A stretch of DNA of 64,000 nt from the human T2T-CHM13v2.0 reference genome, Homo sapiens. Both the position numbers and the translations under genes were made by a program. Position 1 is the first letter of the stretch, and every line of letters begins with the position of its first letter. Of the stretch, positions 1-13,790 are shown piece by piece. The stretch lies in NCBI RefSeq assembly GCF_009914755.1, contig NC_060928.1; one strand, written 5' to 3'. The notes under the pieces are model-generated. The model searched no databases. It was not told where the DNA came from and was given only the letters and a program-made list of their open reading frames with translations.

Positions 1-329
1 AGCAAAGGAACTTTTCCCAGAAGTCTTCCAGCACAATTTCTAAATGGAATCAGATACAGATTCCTAAAATCAGTCACTGGAAAAATAAAGCTAATCATTT
101 ACATTGATGAATCTATCAATCTGCTTTCTCTGGTTTATGCTGCAGTTTAAGTTTGAAATCTTTCTGGGGCACCAAAAAAAAAAAAAAAAAATTCCCCTTA
201 CACAGCGAATGGCAATCCTGGCTTAGTTTTAACTCTGCCTGACATCATTTGCGGGCCAGGACTAAAGCTTGAGGAGCGGCATACATATAGGAAAGGGCAG
301 AGTAAAAAGAATTAGTGGGGCCACACAAC

Positions 330-495
330 GACTCTTAAATCAGAAATGCACACTTCAGTTTATTTTCCAAATCCTGTCACATGCCTAGGCCTGACATCAA
401 TAGGGCAGGCAATAATTCTTCCTCCAAGAGGGATCCCAGAAAGGGGCTCAACTGGAAAGACTACTAATAATTTGAGAACAAGACAATATACCACA
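330..495 (-). mobile_element. Old MaLR LTR fragment (MLT1I/J-like)
   Basis: 'gtcacatgcctaggcctgacatcaatagggcagg...aataatttgagaacaagacaatataccaca' resembles the reverse complement of the MLT1I/J 5' portion; highly diverged. Confidence 0.5.
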
Positions 496-547
496 AATAG
501 TTATTACATCCATATCTTGGAGATATTGTGCGTCCAGTTCCAGATAA

Positions 548-944
<397 letters not shown>

Positions 945-1314
945 CTATACTGTAGACTATTAAGTATTCAATAGCATTATGTCTAAACAAACAATGTACA
1001 TACCTTAATTTAAAAAATACTTCATTGCTAAAAAGTCAATCATCTGAGCCTTCAGCTATTCGTGATCTTTTTGCTGGTAGAGTGTCTTTCTCAGTTTTGA
1101 TGGCTGCTGACTGATCAACGCAGTGGTCGCTGAAGGTTGGGGTGACTGTGGCAATTTCTTAAAAACGGACAGAAATGAAGTTTGCCACATCAGTTAGCTC
1201 TTTCTTTCATGAAAGATTTCTCCGTAGCATATGATGCTGTTTGACAGCATTTTACCCATAGTAAAACTTCTTTCAAAATTGGAGTCAATCCTCTCAAACC
1301 TTGTTGTAGCTTTA

Positions 1315-1533
1315 TCAATTAAGTTTATGTAATATTCTACATCTTTTGTTGTTAATTCCAACAATTCTCATAACAGCTTCACCAGGAATAGTTTCCATTT
1401 TGAGAAACCACTTTTCCCCCTCATTCATAAGAAGCAACCCCTCACCCATTAAAGTTTTATCATGAGATTGCAGCAATTCAATTACATCTTCAGGCTCCAC
1501 TTCAAATTCCAGTTGTTTGAATATTTCTACCAC
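1315..1533 (-). pseudogene. Fragment of the decayed Tigger1 transposase ORF
   Basis: Translation '[27 protein letters not shown]...[12 protein letters not shown]' matches the Tigger1/TIGD1-type C-terminal motif '[17 protein letters not shown]'; surrounding frames are broken. Confidence 0.85.
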
Positions 1534-2605
1534 ATCTTAAGTTACTCCCTTTGCTGGAAACTTGAACCCTTTAAAATTATCCACATGGATTGGAATCAAC
1601 TTCTTCCAAACTCCTATTGTAGTTGATATTTTGACTTTCTCCCACAAATCACCAATGTTCTTAAGGCATCTAGAATGGTGAATCCTTTCCAATAGATTTT
1701 AAATTTAGTTTTCCCATATTCATCAGAGAAATTACTCTCTGTGGAACATACAGTCTTCTGAAATGCATCTTATAAATAATAAAACTTGAAAGTCTAAATT
1801 ATTCCTTGATTCACTGTTAGCAGGCATGAAAGCAACATTAATCTACTGGTACATTTCCATCAGAGCTCTTAGGTGACCAGGTGCATTTTCAAAGAGCATT
1901 AATATTTGGAAAAAAAATCTTTTTTTTCTTTTTTTTATTAGTATGTTTCAACAATGGAGTTAACATATTTAGTAAACCATGCTATAAACAGATGTGCTGT
2001 GATCTGGGTTTCGTTGTTCCATTTATAATGCACAGGCAGAGTAGATTTAGCACAATTTTTAAGGGTTCTGGGGTTTTCAGAATGATAAATCAGTATTCAC
2101 TTCAATTTAAAGTCAGCAGTTGCATCAGCCTCTAACAAAAAAAATCAGCCTTACCTTTGAATTTTGAACCCAGACTTTGACTTTTCCACTCTAGCTATAA
2201 AAGTCCCAGATGGCAACTTCTTCCAATATGAGGCTGTTTTATGTACAGTAAAAATCTAATATTTAATGGAGCCACCTTCATCAATTATCTTAGCAACGTC
2301 TTTTGGATAACTTGCTGCAACTTTTCCATCAGCACCTATTGCTTCACCTGCATTCTTTGTTATGGAAATGGCTTATTCCCTTACCTCATAAAACAAACTT
2401 GCTAGGCTTCAACTTGTCTTTTGTAGCTTCCTCACCCCTCTCAGCCTTCAGAGGATTAAAACAAAAGTTAAGTTTTTGCTCCACATTAGACTTTAGTTTA
2501 AGGGAATGTTGTGGATGGTTTGATTTTCTATTCAGACCACTAAAACTTTCCCCATGTCAGCAAAAAGGCTGTTTCACTTTCTTATCATTTGTGTACTCAC
2601 TGGAG

Positions 2606-2635
2606 ACATACACACGCACACACACACACATATAT
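2606..2635. repeat. (CA)n microsatellite at the Tigger1/L1 junction
   Basis: acatacacacgcacacacacacacatata. Confidence 0.8.
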
Positions 2636-2649
2636 TTTTAAGCTTCAGG

Positions 2650-3273
2650 AGTTTTTTTATTTTTCTTGTTTTAACTTTTATTTTAGGTTCCAGGATATGT
2701 GTGCAGGTTTGCCATGTAAGTAAATTGTGTTTCATGAGGGTTTGGTGCACATACAATTTTGTTACCCAGGTAATAAGCATAGTACTCAATAAGTATTTTC
2801 TTGATGCCTTCCCACCTCCTATCCTTCACTCTCAAGTAGGCCCCAGTGTCTGTGGTTCTCCTTCTAGTATCCATGTGTTCTTGTTGGTTAGCACCCACTT
2901 ATAAGTGAGAACATGTAGTATTTGGTCTTTTGTTCTTGTGTTAGTTTGCTTAGGATAATGGCCTCCAGTTCCACCCATGTTGCTGCAAAGGACATGGTCT
3001 CATTCTTTTATATGGCAGTATAGTATTCCTTGGTGTATATGTACTATGTTTTCTTTATCCAGTGTACCACTGATGGACATTTAGGTTGATTCCATGTCTT
3101 TGCTATTGTGAATTGTGCTGAAGTGAACATATGTGTGCATGTGTCTTTATGGTAGAATGATTTATATTCCTTTGGGTACATACCTAATAATGGGATTGCT
3201 GGGTCAAATGTTAATTTTTTTCTGAGATCTTTGAGGAACCGCCACACTGCTTTCCACAATGGCTGAACTAATT
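2650..3273 (-). mobile_element. 5'-truncated L1 3' end (L1PA13-16-like) nested in Tigger1
   Basis: Reverse L1 3' UTR plus ORF2 C-terminus (ORF 3044-3259 'WKAVWRFLKDL...FDPAIPLLGMYPKEYKSFYHKDTCT'). Tigger1 stops at about 2605 and resumes at about 3277. Confidence 0.93.
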
Positions 3274-6200
3274 AATAAGTACTTTTAATGTTTTACTAGA
3301 ACTTTTTCTTTTCATTCACAACTTGGCTAATGGTTTGGCACAAGAGGCATAGCTTTTCACCTATATTGGCTTTAGGCATGCCTTCCTCACCAGGTTTAAT
3401 CATGTCTAGCTTTTGATTAAAGTAATACATGTACAACTCTTCATTTTATTTGAATATTTATTGGCCATTCTAAGATTACTAATTTGCCTAATTTTAATAG
3501 TGTTGTATCTCTGGGAATAGGAAGGCCCAAGAAAAAGGGGAAAGACAGAGAAATGGCCAGTCATTGAAGCAATAACAATACACAACATTTATCGATTAAG
3601 TTTGCCATCTTATGTGGAGGCAATTCATGACGCCTCAGAACAATTACAATAGTAATATCAAACATTATTGATCACAGATCACCATAACCAATATATTAAT
3701 AATAAAAATGTGTGAAATATTGCACAAATTACCAAAATGTGACACAGAGACAAAAAATGGGCACATGCCATTGAAAAAAAAATGACACCAATATAGTTGT
3801 TCAACACGGGGTTGCCGCAGACCTTCAATTTCTAAATGATGTAATATCTACAAAGTGCAATACACTGATGCATAATAAAATGAGGTGTGCCTGTATGCTT
3901 CACATTTGGTGTGTCTTCATCATCATTTATTGTCATTCTTCTACGTAACTACTCTTTTGTAGGATAAAATGTAGCACTATAAAAAGGGGTAATTTGAGGT
4001 CTATTTACAAACTATTAAGATAATATAACAATTCAACTGTTTTTGTGGAAACATTGAGAAAAGTGATGATTTTACCTTAGACCCAAGTACGGGAAATTGA
4101 TCTATTTATAACTGCCTATTTCTAAAGTTTCTTAACTTTTACAAGCATTCTCTCTAGGTTATCAACTTTGAATGTAATAATTATTTTTTTGAATTTTTTT
4201 GTTTAAAGTAATCACAAATACCTAGGAATGTTCCTGGTAGATATCAGTTTCATATTGCTAGCTGTTGATCATAATTTTAAAAGTATTTTAAAAGTAAAAA
4301 TTAGCTTGTGTTGTTTACCAAAGTTGTACATGTTTTCTTTTTCATAAAATGTTGTTATATTTTATAATTGATTCTACTAAGAGATATCTTCTAGTTAGTA
4401 AACCATTTTATTTAACTCCATTTTCTTCATTAAAATATTTACATTCATGAATTTGTGTACTATCAAGATAAGGAAAGAAGGAAAGTCTTTATGTTTTTTA
4501 AATTATATTACTGTCATCTAGAAAATCATATGATGTACATGACATCTAAATAATGAAAATGACTGAAAACCATCAGCCATACTAGAAAGGTTTCCATAGG
4601 ACAAGAAAAAAACAGAGTATGTGTCCTAGCAGTTTTAGTTTAGGCACCAGTCTTCAACTTTGAGCAAAACTCATGGTGTGAGATCATTCCTGCTTTTATT
4701 CCATTTGCATAAAGTCCCAATAAGCATCAGAACATTTTCCTAAGAACTCTTTCAGCAAGTCTTCTAGTTTGTCAGGTGGTCAAACTTCACTACACCTAAG
4801 TGATAAACAGCAGAAAAGAAAGAAAAAGGGGAGACAACTGAAAGCACACGTGGTTTTCCAAACTGGTGGCTCCCTATCATGTGTGCTTTGGTACCTTTTG
4901 TCTCAAGGAGTGACATAGAGTACGAGATATCTCATAATTAATTTATGCAGTATACCCAATTTTTAAGGGGACAGGTAACTTTCAGGACTAGTGTGTGAGA
5001 ATAAACTCCAAGAAACATCATCTACATTAAGTATTTTTCCCCAAATGTTGTCATCCAGTTTCAATTATCTGTGAGTTTCAATTTTAAAATAATTAAGCAT
5101 GTGATAATATAAGTTAGCAAACTTTGTTTAGTGGGACATCTCTTGCTGGGAGAATTAATGGTAATTAAGACATTTCCCTCCCAAATAATCATAACTAGGT
5201 CTCACAGAAATTTCGGACTGGAAGATGGGAACATGCAGAAAGCAAAGTTGCCTGCTTGTTCTTACTCTCCCTGCAAGTTTGTTTCCTTTATTTATCTCTG
5301 CACATTTTCTTTCTTGGCAAACTGAGTTGCCTATTTAGATCTTCTCACATATGCCCTCAAACAGTAGTTTTAGATCCTTAGTCTACATGATTTGTTTCAG
5401 TCTAGAACCTATAGCATTCAAATACATTTTCTTCATCCATAGTTAGAATATTTAAGACAGGAAACAGATTAAGATCTAAAAAATAAAAAAAAGATAGTTA
5501 AAAATTGTTTTAGGGGATAATTACCTGATGTACATCTTCATTTTTATCACATTCTAAGCTTCATTTCTATATTTAAATGCCTCCTAAACATATTCACATG
5601 GATCTGTTACCATTCTCTTAAAAACTAATCTTGTGATAGTTCCCCCCCAAAATAGCTATGCCTTCTGTCCCTTCATACAGACTCAATAATAATGATGCAT
5701 TCAAGATAGTGATTTGTGTTCATACTTATTTTAAACTTTTTCTTCTTCCAATGTTATTAGAATCTGCATGAATATATTACATTTTAAATTGAGTAACCCT
5801 TATTTTATGTCTAGTCGTGGAGATTATAGTACTCTTTAATAGACTATCTTGTTTAGGGAATAAATTCTTGAGTGCTTCCTCTTACTTAGGAAATCTTAGG
5901 GTGAGTGGGCAGCTTTAACTATGGAATCACAGGGCAAAATAATAAAGAAAAGTTCTTTGATATATTTGGGATCCCACAAACTATCACAACTTTCTGTGTA
6001 AATAACTGGAAAAGTTTAAGTCATATGATAATATTTTTACTCTAAGATTGTGAAACAGTTTTTTTGAAGGGTCTTAATTCAGAATGTTTACAAATCCTCA
6101 TTGCCTAAATGCAAACTGTAGTACTGGAGCATTCTGATACTAGAAAAGTGAAATGTGCTATTGGCTAACTTTTGTACAAGAATGTACAAAATGTATCACT

Positions 6201-6507
6201 TATTTTAGAAATATAAGCCAACTTTGAGGAGACTTAGATCTAAAAGATCTTAGAGGATATTATAAAATTTATTATCAAAAACATACGCACCAGCCTAATA
6301 TTTCACATCAAGAAAGTATATACATGGAAACTTACTGACATATGAATGAAACATCACACATAGAGAAAACAGATTAATTAAAGTTGATTTGAAAAACCTG
6401 CCTCTCTGCCTCAGTTTCTATTTTTAAATGGAAAAAATAGGCATATAGTTCGTTTTGCAAGTCTAAGTGCAACTAACTTGTTCAGCTACTAAACAAGTTA
6501 AGACATT

Positions 6508-6730
6508 GACTACACATGGACACAAATAAGGGAACAATAACGCTGGAGCCTGCTTGAGGGTGGAGGGAGGGAGGGGAGTGAGGATTGAAACCACTTCTCC
6601 AGCATTATGCCAGTTACCTGGCTGACAAAATTATCTGTACATCAAACCCCTACGACACACGATTTACCCATGTAACAAACCTGCACAGGTACTGCTTGAA
6701 CCCAAAATAAAAGTTAGAAAGGAAAAAAGA
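6508..6730 (+). mobile_element. Short L1 3' end (L1PA15/16-like)
   Basis: 'tacacatggacacaaa...tgtaacaaacctgcaca...aaaataaaagtt' with an A-rich tail; possible TSD aagttaaga (6495-6503 / 6731-6739). Confidence 0.85.
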
Positions 6731-6884
6731 AAGTTAAGAAAGCCTGCTGAAATAATAAGGCAACAGAAATCTAGAGGGTTTTATGGTATTTTATGTAAAA
6801 TATGTTTACATTTTTCCTGGTGTTCTTTCCTGAAATGACATAAGAGCATCAGACATCTGAAAGTCAGTGTATATATGTGTATAA

Positions 6885-7650
6885 TCTGAATCTTAAATTC
6901 ATGTGGAAGTGCAAAAGAACTAGAAAAGCCAAGGCAACATTGGAGAAGAAAAGTAAAATCAAAAGACCTGCATCAACAGATTTCATGATCTATTATGAAA
7001 TTACCATAATTTAGATAGTGTCTATTATTATGGGTTAGAAAAATAGACCAACAGAATGTAACAGAGACCTACACATATATTCACCTCGTTTCAAACAAAG
7101 TCACAGTGAATTTCAATATAAAAGTATTTTCAATGAATGATAGTTTGTTAATTATCTACCCAAAATGAAAATACAAAATGAGAATTTGACCCCAATCTTA
7201 TAAAAAATTATTCAAGATGTTTAAAGACTTAAAAGCTAAACCAATCAAGCTTTTAGAAAAAGTAACTATAATGTTATCATAATCTTAGAAGAGAATATAA
7301 AAAAGTTAACCATAAAAGTAATAAATCAGACTTAATTAAAATTGACTTTAAAAGATATTTTTATCCACATATATCACAAAATAATTATATCCAGAAAACA
7401 CCATCAGCTCTTGAAAATCAACAAGAAAATCACAAAGAAAACTTAATTAAAGGATTGCCAAAAATGTCATTTTCAATAGAAGAATGCACATTAAATCCCA
7501 GCAAAATATTATTAGACACCCATCAGAATGTCTAAAAATGAAAAAGACCATACAAATGTTGAGAAGAATGTGGAGCAGGTGAACCTATCTTATATTTTGA
7601 GTGAGAGCATTTGGAAAATGTTTAGCAGAATGAACTAAATGTGTATAAAT
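6885..7650 (+). mobile_element. Ancient L1M (L1ME-like) ORF2 3' region, first part
   Basis: Diverged matches to L1M 'aaattcatatggaaatgcaaaagacctagaatagccaaa' and 'tgttggcaaggatgtggag'; appears to continue at about 9732. Confidence 0.7.
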
Positions 7651-7659
7651 GTTGAAATG

Positions 7660-9155
7660 TCAGTTGAAAGTCTGGCATTACTTAACATCTGTATTAGTCC
7701 ATTTTCACATTGCTATAAAGAACTGCCCGAGACGGGGTAATTTATAAAGGAAACAGGTTTAATTGACTCACAGTTCAGCATGGCTGGGGAGGCCTCAGGA
7801 AACTTGCAATCATGGTGGAAGGAGAAGGGGAAACAAGGTGCCTTCTTTACAAGGTGGCAAGAAGGAGAATGAGCACAAGAGGAACTGCCAAACATTTATA
7901 AAATCATCTGATTTCATGAGAACTCACTTCCTATCATAAGAACAGCATGGGGAAAACTGGCCCCATGATTCAATTACCTCTACCTGGTCTCTCCCTTGAC
8001 ATGTGGAGATTATGGCATTATGGGAATTACAATTCAAGATGAAATTTTTGGTGGGGACACAGCTAAACCATATCAAGTTCAGGACTTGCTATAAAGTTAT
8101 AACGATCAAGAATGCATGCTATTGGTGAAATAATATATATCAATCAATAGAACAGTAGTCAGAGCAGAAATAGATACAAACAAACAGAGTCCGATTTTTG
8201 AAAGAGGAGCAAAGGCAATTCAATGGAAAAAGAATAGTCTTTTTAACAAAGGGTGTTTGAACAAATGAATGTACATATGCCAAAAAAAATGCAAGTAAGA
8301 AAAAGTAAAACAAAACAAAAATCAGAGTCTATATGCAGACCTTATATCTTTTAAAACATTAACTTAAAATAGATCATAGACCTAATGTAAAATGCAAAAC
8401 TATAAAGCTTCTAAAAAATAATATAACATAAAATCTAAGTGACCTTGAGTCACTTGGCAATTAGTTACTATATACAACATCAAATGCACAATTCATGAAA
8501 AAAATGTTTAGTTAAATTCAACTAAAAGTCTGCCAAAAGTAATGTTAAGAAAATAAAAAGAGAAGCCACAGATTGGGCCAAAATGCTTGAAAAACACATA
8601 TCTGATAGAGGCATTGTATCCAAAATATACAAAGAACAACTAAAATTCAACAATAAGAAAGTGTACAACCCAATGAAAAAATAAGCAAAAGTTCTGAAAG
8701 ATACTTCTCACTAAATAATAACATGTCAAGTAATATAAAAATATGTTCATTCTTTTATATTAGGGAATTAAATATTTGCAAATTAAAACAACAATGAGAT
8801 ATTACTACATATCCATTAGAATTACTAAAATCCAAAAAACTGACAAACCAAATGTTAGGGAGAATCAAAGCAACAGGAACTCTTGTTCATTGCTGATAGA
8901 AACGCTTTGAAAGACTGGCAGCTTCTTCCAAAGCTAATCATGGTATTACCCCATGATCCTACAATCATACTTCTAGGTATTTACCCTTGAAAACTTATGC
9001 TCACACACAAAAACTTTCCCACGAACATATGCAATGACTTGTTCATAACTGACAGAAACTGGAAACAGTGAAGATGTCCTCCAATAGGTAAATGGATAAA
9101 CAAATAGTGGTGCACCCATACAATAGAATATCATTCACTGAAAAAAAGAAACGTG
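7660..9155 (+). mobile_element. L1M (L1MC/MD-like) ORF2 3' fragment interrupted by a THE1 LTR
   Basis: Contains 'gacttgctataaag...gcaaaggcaattcaatggaaaaagaatagtc', 'aagccacagattgg' and 'ggtaaatggataaacaaa'. Confidence 0.8.
7690..8075 (-). mobile_element. THE1 (C/D-like) solo LTR, ERVL-MaLR
   Basis: Starts tgtattagtcc and ends aaaccatatca (reverse of TGATATGG...TAATACA); internal 'ggaggcctcaggaaactt'; 386 bp. Confidence 0.93.
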
Positions 9156-9279
9156 ACATATAAAGTCACTTACTGACATATTTTAAAAAATATATGTAAA
9201 TCATACCTTAACTAAAAGGGAGACCTCCACCCTTTCTTTTCCAAGTCCATCTTCATACTCTGTTCTGCTTTCCCCAAAC

Positions 9280-9640
9280 CAAGCTTATTCAAAGTGTCAC
9301 ATGTATAGCTCACATTCTTCCCTGTCATTCCCTCTTTAGTCCCTGGTAATCTCTTAGGCTTTCATGAAAAGGCTCTAATAAAGACTACCATAGTTTGTTT
9401 ATAAAGCCAAGGAACTCTTTTCAGACTCCATCTTACAGGGCCTAGAGGCAGGAACTGATGTATTGCTGAACACAGTCTCCTAATCGAAATTCTATTTCCC
9501 TTTGCTACTTCCTGTATGCAAAGAGTTTATAACAATGTATATTTCATTGTGACATTTTTGAGATAAATTAATCTTGTAAGATCTACATGTAGAGCTGTGC
9601 CTGGAACTTAGAAAATGTTACTAAAATGATGATTAAATTG
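9280..9640 (+). mobile_element. L2 fragments
   Basis: Diverged match to L2 'ccaaatccaatggacacttttcagtcctcatcttac' and the 3' end 'agtgcctggcac'. Confidence 0.55.
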
Positions 9641-9731
9641 GAGAGAGAGAGAGATAAAAGAAAAATAAGGATATCCATCATCCATTCACTGACTTTGGGA
9701 GTATAACTTCATACATCTAAGGGAGTCAAGG

Positions 9732-10020
9732 ATGTGTATAAATTTCCTAAAGTCTCATTACTAAGTACATATGTGAGTAATGTCCACGCAGGTATACCAG
9801 AATCTATGTACAAAATGTTTATAGAAGTATTGTACATAATAGCCACAAATGGGAACAACCCTTGTCTCTATCAAAAGAGAAAGAATAAATAATACTAGAA
9901 AACTGGAATACTACATAAGAATGAAAATGAACATAATGCAGTCTTCAACTTGGATTATGCTAAAAACATAAGGTTGAGTAAAAGTGTTAAGTCCCAGAAA
10001 AATACAGATGACTCACAGTT
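9732..10020 (+). mobile_element. Ancient L1M (L1ME-like) continuation into the 3' UTR
   Basis: 'tgtacaaaatgtttatagaagtattgtacataatagcc...gaacaacc...ctggaatactac...atgaaaatgaac'. Confidence 0.7.
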
Positions 10021-10461
10021 TCTAATTTATACATTTTTTCTGTTTTTTCTAACATGTAATAAATATCTCTTTTACATAATTTAAAATATGATGATAGTAA
10101 ACTCACAAATCAGCTTTCCCTTTCTTTTGCTCTCCTTGGCACAGTATATTATTTTACTTTTAATAATGTCGGGAGAATGCATGTGTATTAAGAAGATAAA
10201 AGAATAGATCTTGTGCAAGTATCTACCTAGCAAAGATAAGAGGAGACATAAATATAATTCACTAAACCACACTGTATGGTTCAATAGCATGACATTGAAC
10301 ACTAAAGATTTGAATATAGATTTATGTATTATGCCATATTATACTTCTCATATTTTCCTTGTTTGTCCTTCCTAAAACGACATGAACTTTAGGCTCAAGA
10401 GACCTAAGCTTGAATGCAAGAACATCTATTCTTTTCACAAAGAGACAAATAAATAGGCTAT

Positions 10462-10844
10462 TGTATTAGTTCGTTCTCACATTGCTACAAACAACTACCT
10501 GAGACTGGACAATTTATGAAGAAAAGAGGTTTAATTGGCTTACAGTTCTGCAGGCTGTACAGGAAGCATGGTGGGGGAGACCTCAGGAAACTTACAATCA
10601 TGACAGAAGGCCAAGAGGAAGGAATCACATCTTATATGACTAGAGGAGGAAGAAGAGAGAGAAGGGGGAGGTGCCACACACTTTTAAACAACCAGATCTC
10701 ATGAGAACTCATTCACTATCATTTGAAAAGCAAAGGGGAAATACGCCCTATGGTTCAATCACCTTCTACGAGGCCCCTCCTTTAACATTGGGGATTACAA
10801 TTCAACATGAAATTTGGACCAGGACAAAAACTCAACCCATATCA
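10462..10844 (-). mobile_element. MSTA-like solo LTR (ERVL-MaLR)
   Basis: tgtattagt...catatca ends; 'gcaggctgtacaggaagcatgg' motif; perfect 5-bp TSD GCTAT (10457-10461 / 10845-10849). Confidence 0.93.
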
Positions 10845-12258
10845 GCTATCAAGCCCATAGAACTTAATATTCTAGAATGAATAGGGGTGGGCAAAGTACA
10901 GCCCACAGGCTAAATATTGCCTATTACATCTATTCAATGATTTGTCCACTGAAAGACATATGTAATATTAAGTTTTTCCTGGAAATCCATTTTATGGGAA
11001 TGATCTGTCAAAAAAAAAAGACATTTTACTAGACTTTAATTTCTTGAAGTTTTATATTTTACAGTCTCATCCTTTGGATAATAAATAGTATTTATATTGG
11101 TGATTTATTAAAATAAGTATTTCTTAGTGGAAGAACTTCGGGGAACTCAGCACTGGGGAGGTTATACAAGTTTTCTTATTTTTAGCGTGCCATTTTCTGA
11201 ATTCTCAAACGGGTATATTGTGCAAAGCACAGAAAATTTGTAATGGAAGTGAAAGTCTGTGGAGGATTCACTGATTTTCATTCTTTCAAACAGAAAGAGC
11301 ATACAGCCAATTAGTAAAATCCTTAATTGTTACAAATATAATTATTGCTTTGGTTACCCCAATTTAGGAAAATATGTCATCTGATGATGCACCTTTTCCT
11401 TAAGTGATTGTCATTTAATAAGGCATCAGCAAGGATATCTAATCAGTTAATATGCCTTGTTTACTAATAGAATTGTTCACTGTCAAGAAAACTCACTTAA
11501 CAAAATTGTATGCCTACAAAATTTTGATTTATGTAGAATCATATGATTTGTTGCAAAATTCATCTAGAATTTATTCTAGCTAGGGTTGTACAGAAGAGAA
11601 TGTCTTCATTCTTTAAATGTTTAACTTCTAGCCTATTATCCTGGAATAGATGAACATTAGACCTTTGCTTTTTCAGCTTTCATAACAAAAATGACTTTAA
11701 TGCCACATTCTTTTCTGTACAAAGATAAAACTTGCACCCTCTTAATATGTTTCTTCCCTTCTTATGCAGTTACTTTGTTTGGCAGGAAATGAGCTCACAT
11801 TTCTCTCTGCTGAAGAAAGCAATTTGTGAATCATATACAGTTTGAGAAAAGCATCACCTTATTCAAAAGATAAATCATATGATATTGTTATGCTGAATGA
11901 ATAAGAAAGCATGGATTGAGAATAGATTGGATGATTGCATTATAAAGACATCAAAGTAAACTGATCTGAAGGGTGCACTGTGAATAGACTGAAATTTAAA
12001 GATATTTTATTGCTACCTAAGTCTATGGGAATCTAATGAACAAATAAATGCTGATTTTCTATTGCAGACTTTCTCAAAGACTAAGAAATAATATTAGCCT
12101 CATTTTAGAAAGTCGATTATATTTATTGCCCTCATTACATATATAGAATAATGAGCTCAACTAAATAATTTTTACAGGTAAGGTTTGTTTTAAAATCTTT
12201 TCACTTTACTCAGCAAGTAATTAAATAAAAATTATTTCATTTTTAAAACTTAAATATC

Positions 12259-12691
12259 ATATTACTTTCTTGCTGTAACAAGTTAACACAAACTGGGTGC
12301 TTAGAAGAAAAGAAAGTTGTTGTCTCACAGTTCTGGAGGCCAGAAGTCTGAAATGAAGACATCAGTAAGTCCATGCTTTCTCTGAAGATTCTGGGGAAGG
12401 ATCTGTTCCAGGCTTCTCTTAGCTTCTGGTAGTTCCTTTGCTTGTGGCAGCATAACTCCACTCTTTACATGGTATTCTCCCTGTGTGCTTGTCTGTGTCT
12501 GCATCCAAATTTTCCCCTTTTTAAAAAAAACAGCAGTCATATTACATTAGGGTGCACCCTGTTGACCTCATTTTAACTCTCTTACCTCTGTAAAATTCCT
12601 ATCTTCAAATAAAATCACATTCTGAGGTACTGGTGGTTAGTAGTCCAAAGTAATGTTTTGCTGGGGAGGGACACAATTCAATCCTAGTAAG
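12259..12691 (-). mobile_element. MLT1B/C-like LTR
   Basis: 'tctcacagttctggaggccagaagtctgaaat' and 'tcacattctgaggtactgg...ggacacaattcaa'. Confidence 0.85.
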
Positions 12692-12779
12692 TATTGCTTT
12701 TTCCTTCTAGTTATCACATTGTAATTGGTCCCAAGTTTCGTGGCAATCATGAGCAAGTTTGCTCACTTTTTTTTAAAGT

Positions 12780-13180
12780 TGAAATTTCAGTGACGTCACC
12801 AAAGAACCCTGGTCCATTCTGTGTGAACACTCTGCCACCTTTATTCTATTGACTTTTGATTTTCACCATGATTTTGTATGGTAACTCTATGGTTTCTATA
12901 ACTATAGTAAATATGCACTTTAAGAAAGTAAAACAGTGAAGACAGCTTCAATTTATTTTACCAGGAAAGCAAAGTCCTCCCCATGTCCTCCCATCACAGA
13001 TTCTTGTAAATCCAGTGGCCAGGATCTAGCAAATGAGCTGAAGACAACTCAATGATTAGAAATCATGAGTCATTTCCCGCCTTTGAGCACACTGACCTCT
13101 TAAGAAAATCAAGTTTCTCCTATAAAGGAAGAACGTAGGGTGTGTCTGTTGAGTCAGCAACTCAGAGTATCTACCCACTC
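12780..13180 (-). mobile_element. MLT1K/J-like old LTR fragment
   Basis: 'aaaatcaagtttctcctataaaggaagaa...ttgagtcagcaactcagagtatctacccac' resembles the MLT1K terminus. Confidence 0.55.
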
Positions 13181-13494
13181 TGAAATAGTTGTAACAATGA
13201 GAATTTGATGGAGTCTGGTGAAATTGGTAATCCTTTTTATTGTTTCCTATACTTCCATTTGGGAATTAAGAAATGAACACAAAAAGTAGATATTGAGACC
13301 TGAGTGTATTATTCTAATTTTTTTAATACAATTTATTTTTATAGTAATTATCTCATCAGTTACATATTTAAATTATATTAAGATTTACAAGATATTAACA
13401 TGCATGGAATTGTGTGGGGGTGCTATTAATTGCAAAATAGCATACTTTTTTCCCTAAGTATATTATGATGATAAATTGAAATGTATGTTCTCTC

Positions 13495-13495
<1 letters not shown>

Positions 13496-13530
<35 letters not shown>

Positions 13531-13790
13531 TGGAGTTGCTCTGTCGCCCAGTGGCGCGATCTCGGCTCACTGCAACCTCCGCCTTCTGGGTTTCAATGAT
13601 TCTCCTGCCTCAGGCTCCGGAGTAGCTAGGATTACTGGCGTTTGCCACTACGCCCAGCTAATTTCTTACCTTTAGTAGAGACGGGTTTCACCATGTTGGC
13701 CAAGCTGGTCTCCAACTCCTGACCTCATGATCCACCCGCCTCAGCCACCCAAAGTGCTGGGATTACAGGCGTGAGCCACCGCCCTCGGCC
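13496..13790 (-). mobile_element. AluS (Sg-like) with a small internal deletion
   Basis: Long poly-T then reverse Alu lacking about 12 bp ('ctgtcgccca|gtggcgcg'); degenerate TSD aaatgtatgttct / aagtgtacgttct. Confidence 0.95.
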
